Shown piece after piece: positions 45,229-53,640 of a stretch of DNA of 53,640 nt. The position numbers and the translations under genes are program-made. The notes beneath the pieces are model-generated. The model did not search any database, had not been told where the DNA came from, and saw nothing but the letters and a program-made list of their open reading frames with translations. Origin of the DNA: a virus (lineage: Duplodnaviria > Caudoviricetes); IMG/VR virus record IMGVR_UViG_3300022751_000002, positions 1-53,640 of that record, one strand, 5' to 3'. Each line of letters starts with the position of its first letter. Positions within the stretch are counted from its first letter, which is position 1.

Positions 45229-45925
45229 CGAAAAAGAAAGTTGTTTAGATTTCATGTTAGATATTTTGAATATTAAAATTGTTACTCAGGATGAACAGGA
45301 TGAAGTTGATAGGCAAATGATTTTGATTGCTGATATTATCAATTCTCATTTTTCAAATCTTACACCATCAGAGATAAAAGAAGCGTTTAAGCTTTATGTT
45401 TCTAAAAAATTTTTTGATGTAAAAGTTTTTCGATTAGTTGATTGTGTTGCCGTTGGTGAAATTTTGAATGCATACATAGAATATAGAAACGCAGCAGTTG
45501 AACCTTTTTTGGTTAAAAGACAAAATTTATTAAATGCGCCAATAGAAAAATCAGAATCAGAAAAGCAAAAAATCAGAACTGAATTTATTAAAATGGTTTT
45601 CAATGAAATAATCGAAAAAGGTTTTTGTTCTGATGCGTGGTATATTTTTAGACAATTGGAAGATCTTAAAAAGATAGATATTTCAAATGAAGAAAAGATC
45701 GAATTGTTTAAAAAAGAAATGGCTGTTTATATTCCTGCAGAACGCCAAAGAATCATCAAACAAAATCCTTTAGATTTTAAATTTAAAATATCTGCGTTCG
45801 AAAAAACATATCAAAACGGAAAAAAACCGATTGCAGTTCAAAATAAATGCAGAAGTATGTTGGTTTCTGATTATATTTTGAGATCAAAAATCACCTTAGA
45901 AGAATTATTAACCATTTTAAAATAA
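45098..45925 (+). CDS. Replication accessory/helicase-loader-like protein
   Basis: LTPSEIKEAF; follows the initiator. Confidence 0.55.
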   Translation: MENQNNNLPEIQKPAQDLALLEQNKPYLLTLKENEPKWKTVTANEKESCLDFMLDILNIKIVTQDEQDEVDRQMILIADIINSHFSNLTPSEIKEAFKLYVSKKFFDVKVFRLVDCVAVGEILNAYIEYRNAAVEPFLVKRQNLLNAPIEKSESEKQKIRTEFIKMVFNEIIEKGFCSDAWYIFRQLEDLKKIDISNEEKIELFKKEMAVYIPAERQRIIKQNPLDFKFKISAFEKTYQNGKKPIAVQNKCRSMLVSDYILRSKITLEELLTILK

Positions 45926-45929
45926 AATT

Positions 45930-46712
45930 ATGCCATATTTTAAAGCATTTATCAGAGTTGTAAAATCAATTAATTTAGATCAAGGCTACAGTAATATGTT
46001 TGGATCTGAAAACGTAATTGAAGAAAGATTCATCGAATCAGAATCTAAAGAATCTGTTAAACAATATATTTTAGAGAAATATCCTCAGTTCTTTCAAAAC
46101 GGAAAAGTTTATAGTCGTGAAACAAAAGACGAAGCACAATTTTTTTATCTACTAATTTACCCACTTTATAGTTATGAGGTTACTTTGGCCACTTCAGGAG
46201 AATGGAAATGTAGTGAATGCGGTCAAGTTCATCAAAGTGAATATCATTCAAGACCTCGAACATATGATCGTATTTTTCCAGATAAACTTTTTTGCAATTC
46301 ACCTGCCGATACATGTTTAAATAACCATAAAAAAGAATATTATAAAGATGTAGAATTGCCGGATGATGAATGTTACATTAAAAAAGATTCTCCAAACTAT
46401 ATTTATAAAATTACCGAGAAATCAACATCAAAATGCTACATTGGCAAAACTCGTAACGCTCCTTTTTTTAGATGGTGGAATCATTTAAAACACAGCAATA
46501 GCCCTTTTGGTTTGTATTTATCTAAAACAAAACTAAGTGATTGGATATTTGAAGTGTTAGAAGAATTACCTGCCGAAATAGAAGATTCAGAAGTTTTTAG
46601 AATTGAAAGCGAATATATTGTTAAACATGATTGTTTAAACAACGGTTTTAATTCATTGATAAGCAATAAAAAAGTTATTAAAACAGAATCTAATCAATTA
46701 GAATTATTATGA
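45930..46712 (+). CDS. GIY-YIG nuclease with upstream zinc finger
   Basis: CSEC..C..C; YIYKIT..CYIGKT..RWWNH; NGFN. Confidence 0.82.
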   Translation: MPYFKAFIRVVKSINLDQGYSNMFGSENVIEERFIESESKESVKQYILEKYPQFFQNGKVYSRETKDEAQFFYLLIYPLYSYEVTLATSGEWKCSECGQVHQSEYHSRPRTYDRIFPDKLFCNSPADTCLNNHKKEYYKDVELPDDECYIKKDSPNYIYKITEKSTSKCYIGKTRNAPFFRWWNHLKHSNSPFGLYLSKTKLSDWIFEVLEELPAEIEDSEVFRIESEYIVKHDCLNNGFNSLISNKKVIKTESNQLELL

Positions 46713-47344
46713 CTGAAAAATCAATTCAAAAAGCGCTATTTCGTGCATTCAGTTCGCACAAATATAAATTCACTAATGTTTACTACTTCGGCAATGAATC
46801 AGACTTTCTGAGCTTCTTAGATTCCGGTTTCTGTTATGAATGTGAAATTAAGATCAGCCGTTCAGATTTCAAAGCTGATTTTAAGAAAGAGAAACACACT
46901 ATTCATAAGGTCAATGAGATAAAAGGAAATCTGTTTCTTAGAAAAACAGGCAACAATTATGAAACAAATTTATCTTGGGAATTTTGCAAAAACTTTCCTC
47001 AGCTTATAGAATCACAAGAATTTTCAAGAAATGAATATGCTGATAGAGAATTTGTAGAAGTAAAAAGAGTTTATTATAAAGCACATACCTGCTCGGGTGT
47101 TGAATTTTGTTCACACGATAACAAGTTAATACCAAATAAGTTTTTTTATGTTGTACCTAAGGGATTGATCAGCAAAGAAGAAGTTCCGGAATACGCAGGA
47201 TTAATTTATGTTGATGAATTTGGAGAATGCACCAAAATTAAAGATGGAAAATTTTTGCATAAAGATAAGCTCGATGTGAAAAAGTTATTTGCAAAATGTT
47301 ATTACGCTTACGAAGAAAAATTAATTGAAAAACTTAGATCATGA
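46709..47344 (+). CDS. MmcB-like PD-(D/E)XK nuclease
   Basis: ESD, ECEIKISRSDFKAD, FFYVVP, EYAGLI. Confidence 0.75.
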   Translation: MTEKSIQKALFRAFSSHKYKFTNVYYFGNESDFLSFLDSGFCYECEIKISRSDFKADFKKEKHTIHKVNEIKGNLFLRKTGNNYETNLSWEFCKNFPQLIESQEFSRNEYADREFVEVKRVYYKAHTCSGVEFCSHDNKLIPNKFFYVVPKGLISKEEVPEYAGLIYVDEFGECTKIKDGKFLHKDKLDVKKLFAKCYYAYEEKLIEKLRS

Positions 47345-47607
47345 CACTAACACCACAAGTTGTAAAAGAATTTAAAAGATTAATAAATAATCCAAAGGAA
47401 AATAATTTAACATTTCCTGCATTTAATGATATATTGGAAAAATCAGATATGCCAATAGCGAAGCATTTATGTTTTGATAAATATATTGCTATTATAAATA
47501 ATAGGCATTTGCCTAAAGCTATTTTTTATATTATCATGGACGAAGAATTTGAAGTAAAAAAAACTGATGATGGTGATTTGGGATATTGTGTAAAATTTAA
47601 AATCTAA
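47341..47607 (+). CDS. Hypothetical protein
   Basis: ATGA-coupled. Confidence 0.6.
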   Translation: MTLTPQVVKEFKRLINNPKENNLTFPAFNDILEKSDMPIAKHLCFDKYIAIINNRHLPKAIFYIIMDEEFEVKKTDDGDLGYCVKFKI

Positions 47608-47612
47608 AAACT

Positions 47613-47951
47613 ATGAAAAATTTACAAATGTCATTAAAAACTAAGTGGTTTGAAATGACTAAAGCAGGAATTAAGAAAGAGGATTATCGCGAAATAACTC
47701 CTTATTGGATTTCACGTTTAACCAAAGGAGAAAACTTTTCAATTATTGAAAATGAAGATGGTGTAGAAATTAATGCTGAATTTAAACATTTTGATTTCAA
47801 TGTTATGACATTGGGTTATCCAAAATCAGGAGATACCGAAAGGACTTTAAAAATTGAGCATGCAGGAATAGAAATACGAACCGGAAATCCGGAATGGGGG
47901 GCAGAGCCAGGTAAGTTGTATTTTGTAATTAAGCACGGAATTGTAATTTAA
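47613..47951 (+). CDS. ASCH-domain protein
   Basis: KWFEMTKAGIKKEDYREITPYW, GNPEWGA. Confidence 0.8.
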   Translation: MKNLQMSLKTKWFEMTKAGIKKEDYREITPYWISRLTKGENFSIIENEDGVEINAEFKHFDFNVMTLGYPKSGDTERTLKIEHAGIEIRTGNPEWGAEPGKLYFVIKHGIVI

Positions 47952-48006
47952 AATAATTCTAAACTACGTTTCAATGTATTTTGTGTTTGTATAAAAAGTA
48001 CATTTA
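47946..48006 (+). promoter_or_regulatory. Early promoter cassette
   Basis: ATTTAAAATAATTCTAAAC; TGTATAAAAAGTACA 47988; TACATTTA 47999. Confidence 0.7.
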
Positions 48007-48034
48007 CGTATAATTAAAAAGTAAAATAAATAAA

Positions 48035-50254
48035 ATGGAATACAAAAAATTTCTAGACACGAAACGTAAAACTTTTATAGAAAGTGGTTTCGAACTTGAA
48101 GAATCAAAACTAAACTCATTATTAAAAGACTTTCAATCATTCGGAGTTAAAACAGCGCTGTTTAAAGGTAGATTTGCTTTTTTCTTTGATTGTGGATTAG
48201 GGAAAACTTTTTGTCAATTAGAATGGGCGCATCAAGTTAATTTAAAAACTAAAAAACCAGTTCTTATTTTGGCGCCATTAGCAATTGTTCAACAGACAAT
48301 CGACGAAGGAAGTAAATTTGGAATTGATATTTACAAATATGATTTTGAATGTCTAACATCATTAGACGAACCTGATATTTTTATTTGCAATTATGATCAA
48401 TTAAAAAATATTGATTGTTCTGTATTCTCGGGAATTGTTTTAGATGAATCAAGCATCTTAAAAGGACGTGATGGTAAATTATCATCATTGATTATTGAAA
48501 CATTCAAAAACACGCCTTACAAACTTTGTTGCACCGCAACGCCATCGCCAAATGATCACATGGAATTAGGACAGCATTCTGAATTTTTAGGCGGAATGTC
48601 TTATTTGGAAATTTTAGCTATGTTCTTTGTTCACGACGGAGGTGAAACTTCAAAATGGCGATTAAGAAAACACGCAAAGGATGCTTTTTGGCGATATGTT
48701 GCTACGTGGTCAATGGCAATAGATAATCCTGCAAGTTTAGGATTTGATTCTGAAGGATATGAATTGCCTGAAATTGAATATATAGAGCATATTATAAAAG
48801 TTAATAATACTAGCGATAATTTATTTGGTGATGTTGCTGTTTCTGCAACTGATTTGCATAAAGATTTAAATCGTTCCTTTGATGCAAGAATAAAAAAAAC
48901 AATTGAAATTGTTACAGAAAACGAAGATCAATTTATTATTTGGGGTTTAAAAAACATTGAAACAGATACGCTTTCAAAACTTATTCCGGATTCTGTAAAT
49001 GTTCAAGGATCAGATAAACCCGAGCACAAAGCAAAATATTTGAATGGATTTGCTAAAAAGGAATTTAAAAGGCTTATTACAAAAACTTCTATAGCTTCTT
49101 TTGGGATGAATTACCAACAATGCGGACAAATGATATTTACTTCTTATGATTTTAAATTTGAAGCATTTTATCAAGCGGTTAGGCGTTGTCATCGTTTTGG
49201 CAGAAAAGGAAAAGTAAAGGTTCACATTCTTATTCCTGAAAGCCAGGTTAATGTAAGGAATTCAATTTTAGAAAAAGAAAAACAACATTTTGAAAGGATT
49301 CATGAAATGGCAAAATATAGTTCAGAAGCAAATTACAAAACAGCTAAATCAAAAGTAAAAATTATGAACAAAGAAATTAAAACAGATCAATATCATTTAA
49401 TTAATGGTGATTGCGTTCAGGAATCAAAAAATATTCCTGATAATGCTGCCGATGTAATTGTCTTTTCTCCACCTTTCGCAGAACTTTACGTTTATTCAGA
49501 TAAAGAGGAAGATATGGGGAATGTTTCAGATTACAAACAATTTGAAACTCATTTTAAATATCTCATTCCCGAATTAAAAAGAATTCTTAAAAGTGGGCGT
49601 ATGTGCGCTATTCATTGTATGGATCTTCCGATTCAAAAAGGGAAAGAAGGTTATATTGGATTGCGTGACTTTTCAGGAATGCTAATTGATTGGTTTCAAA
49701 AAGAAGGGTTTATTTATCACTCAAAAGTTACATTGTGGAAAAATCCTGTAACAGAAATGCAACGTACAAAAGCATTAGGATTGCTGCATAAAACGATTAA
49801 AAAGGACTCTATTATGTCACGTGTTGGGATTCCGGATTATGTTTTGTTTTTTAGAAATGAAGGTGATAACGAAACACCAATCACACACCAAGATAAAGAC
49901 AGTAGTAGAGGTGATTATTTGCCTGTTGATTTATGGCAAAAATATGCTTCGCCTGTTTGGTATGATATTGATTATTCTAGAACTTTGCAATATCGTTCTG
50001 GTCGTGATGGAAATGATGAAAAACATATTTGCCCGCTTCAATTAGACACAATAGAAAGGATTTTACATTTATATTCAAATGAAGGCGAAACTGTTTTTAG
50101 TCCATTTGGCGGGATTGGTTCTGAGGGATGTTCAGCAATTAAAATGAACCGTAAATCTATTTCGATAGAATTAAAAGAAAGTTATTTTAAAATCAATGAA
50201 AGTAATCATAAAGCATTTGTTGAAGAAAAAAATTCAACTTTAACACTTTTTTAA
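48035..50254 (+). CDS. SNF2-like helicase fused to N4C/N6A DNA methyltransferase
   Basis: CGLGKT, LDESS, TATP, QAVRRCHRFG; FSPPF, HICPLQ, SPFGGIGS. Confidence 0.9.
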   Translation: MEYKKFLDTKRKTFIESGFELEESKLNSLLKDFQSFGVKTALFKGRFAFFFDCGLGKTFCQLEWAHQVNLKTKKPVLILAPLAIVQQTIDEGSKFGIDIYKYDFECLTSLDEPDIFICNYDQLKNIDCSVFSGIVLDESSILKGRDGKLSSLIIETFKNTPYKLCCTATPSPNDHMELGQHSEFLGGMSYLEILAMFFVHDGGETSKWRLRKHAKDAFWRYVATWSMAIDNPASLGFDSEGYELPEIEYIEHIIKVNNTSDNLFGDVAVSATDLHKDLNRSFDARIKKTIEIVTENEDQFIIWGLKNIETDTLSKLIPDSVNVQGSDKPEHKAKYLNGFAKKEFKRLITKTSIASFGMNYQQCGQMIFTSYDFKFEAFYQAVRRCHRFGRKGKVKVHILIPESQVNVRNSILEKEKQHFERIHEMAKYSSEANYKTAKSKVKIMNKEIKTDQYHLINGDCVQESKNIPDNAADVIVFSPPFAELYVYSDKEEDMGNVSDYKQFETHFKYLIPELKRILKSGRMCAIHCMDLPIQKGKEGYIGLRDFSGMLIDWFQKEGFIYHSKVTLWKNPVTEMQRTKALGLLHKTIKKDSIMSRVGIPDYVLFFRNEGDNETPITHQDKDSSRGDYLPVDLWQKYASPVWYDIDYSRTLQYRSGRDGNDEKHICPLQLDTIERILHLYSNEGETVFSPFGGIGSEGCSAIKMNRKSISIELKESYFKINESNHKAFVEEKNSTLTLF

Positions 50255-50256
50255 TT

Positions 50257-50985
50257 ATGGGAATTCCAATAAAAGAAAACGAAATCATTGAAGAATGGCG
50301 TTATCATCCAAAACTTGGAGATAATTATTTAGTATCAAATACAGGAATCATAAAAAGTATTTCAAGATATGTAAAGTTTAATGGAAATTTAATTTTTAAA
50401 AAGACTATTAATTTAAAATATCAAATAAGTAAAAAAGGATATTATACAATTAGAATTGATTCAAATGGAATTAAAAAAACTTTGGTAGTACATAGATTAG
50501 TAGCTCAATTGTTTGTTCCAAATCCATTTAATTTACCTCAAGTAAACCATAAAGATTTGAATAAGCTAAATAATAATTATACTAATTTTGAATGGAATAA
50601 TAATAGGCAAAACACAACACATTATAGAGAAAATGTTATTCATACATCTATTCATGTAGGTGTTCATTGGAACAAAAAAGACAATATTTGGGTATCTCAG
50701 ATATATATTTTAAATAAAAAATATACAGTTGGCAGCTTTAAATGTCAGCACAAAGCCAAAGAAGCTTATGAGTTAGCCTTAAAAAATTGGAATTTAAATA
50801 GAATACTTCCTGAATCAAAACGATCTTCAAAATATAAAAATATTTCTTTTAATAAGAGAAGAGGCAAATGGCATGCATACTCGATTGTTAATTCAAAAAT
50901 TAAAACAATTGGTTTCTTTGAAACTGAAGAAGAAGCTAATTTAAATAAAAATAATTATGATAAATCCAAAAAAGAAGGCTTGTAA
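50257..50985 (+). CDS. NUMOD4-HNH-AP2 homing endonuclease
   Basis: EEWR..YLVSNTG, VHRLVA, VNHKDLNKLNN, two AP2-like repeats. Confidence 0.88.
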   Translation: MGIPIKENEIIEEWRYHPKLGDNYLVSNTGIIKSISRYVKFNGNLIFKKTINLKYQISKKGYYTIRIDSNGIKKTLVVHRLVAQLFVPNPFNLPQVNHKDLNKLNNNYTNFEWNNNRQNTTHYRENVIHTSIHVGVHWNKKDNIWVSQIYILNKKYTVGSFKCQHKAKEAYELALKNWNLNRILPESKRSSKYKNISFNKRRGKWHAYSIVNSKIKTIGFFETEEEANLNKNNYDKSKKEGL

Positions 50986-51658
50986 AGGTATAAATGTTGC
51001 AAAAGATTTAGGTTGTGGAAAACTAACTTTTCATCGCAAACTAGGCTTAGGCCTTATGTGCGGGTGTTATTCTGACTTCCTTCTTAAAACGGAACCAGGC
51101 AAATTGATTATGCAAAAGGCTATGCTGAAAGGTAAAAACAACAATCAAAAAATAGTTATTAAGAATAACCGCGAAGAAATTAAGCAGCAAAAAGAAAATC
51201 TAAAAACAATTTCCGCTTTTAGAAATGATCTTCAAAAAGAAATTAACTCTATCATCCGTTTAATTGATAATGGTCATGCATGTATAGCAACTAATAAATT
51301 TGTTGGAAAAATGAACGCAGGCCATTATATTTCGGTTGGATCAAACGGAACCATCAGATACCACTTAGAAAACATTTGGTTGCAATCTGAGCATTCTAAC
51401 AGTTGGAAAGCCGGCGATACTATTCGATATCAAAAAGGTATTAGGAAATTGTTTGGTAGGGATTATTTGGAGTACCTAGATTCTTTACAATCAATTGCAC
51501 CAATAAAGTTAACAATCCCGGAAATCAAAGAAAAAATTTCAATTTGCCGCGGAATAATCAAATGGTTAAAATTACAGGATAGAATTTTTTCAACTGAAGA
51601 AAGATTAAGTTTAAGACTTAGGTTTAACAAAGAAATTGGAATTTATGATCCAACTTAA
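50957..51658 (+). CDS. ninG: NinG/Rap-like endonuclease
   Basis: IRLID..CIA..AGHYISVG..RYHLENIWLQ. Confidence 0.75.
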   Translation: MINPKKKACKGINVAKDLGCGKLTFHRKLGLGLMCGCYSDFLLKTEPGKLIMQKAMLKGKNNNQKIVIKNNREEIKQQKENLKTISAFRNDLQKEINSIIRLIDNGHACIATNKFVGKMNAGHYISVGSNGTIRYHLENIWLQSEHSNSWKAGDTIRYQKGIRKLFGRDYLEYLDSLQSIAPIKLTIPEIKEKISICRGIIKWLKLQDRIFSTEERLSLRLRFNKEIGIYDPT

Positions 51659-51779
51659 ATATTGGAAATCGCTAACCAAATCCCAAAAGCAGGAATTAAT
51701 GAAAGCCAACAATATAAAATCGGTTTCATTCGATTTCATTAAAATCTGCTATTTAGAATCATTATTAATTAAGCCTTAA
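51645..51779 (+). CDS. Hypothetical protein (44 aa)
   Basis: Overlaps ninG end. Confidence 0.45.
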   Translation: MIQLKYWKSLTKSQKQELMKANNIKSVSFDFIKICYLESLLIKP

Positions 51780-51811
51780 TGTATTTTATATGTGTATATT
51801 TTATACATTTG
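51751..51811 (+). promoter_or_regulatory. Early promoter cassette
   Basis: ATTTAGAATCATTATTAAT; TGTATATTTTATACA 51793; TACATTTG 51804. Confidence 0.72.
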
Positions 51812-51844
51812 TATATGCAATAATGCAAAACAATTTAAAATTAA

Positions 51845-52159
51845 ATGATTATGGCTTTACAAGATGTGATTGATTCAATCAAGGCTGGTGAAAAAATGCT
51901 TTACACAAAAGAAGATGTTGTTTTTATTCTTGAAGAATCAGGTTTAGAAGAAAAACCGCAACCTAAAAAAGAATCAGCTTATGCAACTATTTCATGTGTA
52001 GTTCAGATTGGTAAAAAGAAAAACATTGTATTTACGTTCTTGGCAAAAGATTTTGATTCAATTCGTGATAACGTGCTAATCTTGAAAAATGAGCACAGAG
52101 AGGCTAAAATTGATCTTTCTCAACAAAGAGAAATCATTCGCCAATTAAACAATCTTTAA
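51845..52159 (+). CDS. Hypothetical protein
   Basis: First ORF after promoter. Confidence 0.7.
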   Translation: MIMALQDVIDSIKAGEKMLYTKEDVVFILEESGLEEKPQPKKESAYATISCVVQIGKKKNIVFTFLAKDFDSIRDNVLILKNEHREAKIDLSQQREIIRQLNNL

Positions 52160-52202
52160 AAATAATCAGCCGGTGTAAAAGCCGGCTTAAATAAAATAGA
52201 CA

Positions 52203-52382
52203 ATGAAGGTATCAGACAAAGTAAAATTTAAAAACCCAATGTCAGAATTTGAAAAAACTGCTATTTATGAAATTACAAATATTAACGACGGAACAAACAG
52301 AGCTATTATAACTCATGTAAACAGTAATCTGCCTATTGCGCCTGAGGAATTAGTAAGTTTAAATGATGTTGAGTTATGTTAA
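52203..52382 (+). CDS. Hypothetical protein (59 aa)
   Basis: ATG 52203 to TAA 52382. Confidence 0.6.
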   Translation: MKVSDKVKFKNPMSEFEKTAIYEITNINDGTNRAIITHVNSNLPIAPEELVSLNDVELC

Positions 52383-53059
52383 TTATAGTTGGCTGCGAAG
52401 AAAGCCAGGCTGTAACAATAGAGCTTAGAAAATTAGGACATGAAGCATATTCATGTGATTTAAAACCATCTTCAGGAGATCACCCGGAATGGCATATACA
52501 AGCAGATATTTTCGAAGTATTATCGTCAATTAAGTTTTATACATCGGACAATAAACCTCATTTAGTTAGTAAATGGGATTTAGGAATATTTTTTCCGGAT
52601 TGTACTTATATAACTTGTTCTGCTGAATGGGCATATAAAGAACCTCCGTATCATCAAAAATTAAAACAAGGCACTTTGTTTGGTAAAGAAAGAATAAAAG
52701 CAAGAAAAGAAGCGATACAATTTGTAAAAGACCTTTATAATTGTGGTATTGAAAAAGTTGCTATTGAAAATCCTGTTGGAGTTTTATCTTCACTATTCAG
52801 AAAACCAAATCAAGTAATTCAGCCTTTTATGTTTGGTGATGACGCGAGTAAGAAAACATGTTTATGGCTAAAAAACCTACCTGAATTAAAACCTACCGAT
52901 TACATAAAACCAAGAATAGTAAATAATAAACCCCGTTGGAGTAATCAAACTGATAGTGGTTAAAACAAATTACCTCCTTCAGTAGACAGAGCAAAAATAA
53001 GATCAAAAACTTATCCAGGAATTGCAAAAGCAATGGCGGAACAATGGGCAGGATTATGA
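52376..53059 (+). pseudogene. DNA cytosine methyltransferase-like gene with in-frame TAA at 52961
   Basis: GCEESQ, SCD, FPDC, IENPVG, KKTCLWL; C-terminal RSKTYPGIAKAMAEQW lies after the stop. Confidence 0.8.
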
Positions 53060-53313
53060 GAAAACTAAGCGACATCTATTTAAAACTTCAGGAATACTTT
53101 ATTATATTCCGAAGCTCCAATTTATGCATCGAGATTCAATATTTAATCAATGCTAAAAAGATCACTAAAGAAGAATTTGATTTGCTTTGTGCAGATTTTG
53201 GAACATTCAAACCTGAAGGAAAGAAAAAAGGCGAATTTTGGTTTGAATCATGGGATGAAAGAAACGAGTTTTTAAAAGAAAGGATTATTAATTTACAAAA
53301 TGAGGGATTATGA
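53056..53313 (+). CDS. Hypothetical protein
   Basis: ATGA overlap with TGA 53059. Confidence 0.65.
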   Translation: MRKLSDIYLKLQEYFIIFRSSNLCIEIQYLINAKKITKEEFDLLCADFGTFKPEGKKKGEFWFESWDERNEFLKERIINLQNEGL

Positions 53314-53507
53314 AAGCAACAACATTGACCGAAGCAGTAAATAAAATATTAGGCAAAAAAGTAACTGAAGGCGAAGCAATGCATTTTGCTTTTAACAATT
53401 ACATGGAACTGAGAATGTTTACACGACATGAGGATCAAATAATTTATTTGAAAAAACAAAACAAATTAAAAAGAGAAGAATTAAGACGAAAATATTCAAA
53501 AAACTAA
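53310..53507 (+). CDS. Hypothetical protein
   Basis: ATGA-coupled. Confidence 0.65.
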   Translation: MKATTLTEAVNKILGKKVTEGEAMHFAFNNYMELRMFTRHEDQIIYLKKQNKLKREELRRKYSKN

Positions 53508-53513
53508 ATTATG

Positions 53514-53640
53514 AAAAAAATTATCACAATCGCAATATTATTAATTATCACATTTGCTTCTGCTCAAAAAACTAGCAAAAAAGAAATTGAGCAAATTATT
53601 AAAGATCAATCTGATGGTGTTTATAATAATACTGCATCGG
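53514..53640. repeat. Copy of positions 1-127
   Basis: Exact identity. Confidence 0.95.

Noticed and set aside
52168-52187. agccgg-tgtaaaag-ccggct hairpin as a terminator
   Set aside because: No proper U tract; a single copy of undetermined function.
1428-53075. Many minus-strand and nested ORFs outside 25041-26607
   Set aside because: Shadows of well-supported plus-strand genes, with no motifs or promoters.
1-53640. Genome-wide stop-codon reassignment
   Set aside because: TAA, TAG and TGA all end well-defined genes, coding density is high in code 11, and there is no suppressor anticodon.
53514-53640. Biological direct terminal repeat
   Set aside because: It is 127 bp, cuts through a gene and matches an assembler k-mer overlap.

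Overview
A complete, circularly assembled 53,513-bp tailed-phage genome (positions 1-127 are repeated at 53514-53640). It is AT-rich, lacks Shine-Dalgarno sites and has many TAnnTTTG promoters, so the host is probably Bacteroidota (Flavobacterium-like). It is siphovirus-like: ParB-like gene, terS, terL, SPP1-type portal, scaffold, capsid, tail tube, tape measure, tail proteins, an Asp-box tail spike and an M15 endolysin cassette. These are followed by a six-tRNA array and an early/replication arm (SMC-like ATPase, RecT, MBL nuclease, helicase, initiator with ori, nucleases, methyltransferases). I found no integrase, CI repressor or DNA polymerase. The main finding is a 23-codon leader ORF plus terminator/antiterminator ahead of the tRNA array. 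Its six consecutive codons E-R-L-P-Q-H match exactly the six tRNAs downstream (Pro, Glu, Gln, His, Leu, Arg), suggesting a tRNA-depletion-sensing attenuator. Other signals: small ORFs that copy motifs of terminase, tail tube and tape measure (possible immune decoys); ten Fur-box-like palindromes and a second operator at promoters; two kissing-loop leaders; two candidate ncRNAs; several clamp-binding-like motifs; and two genes broken by an in-frame TAA. All alignments and folds were done by eye.
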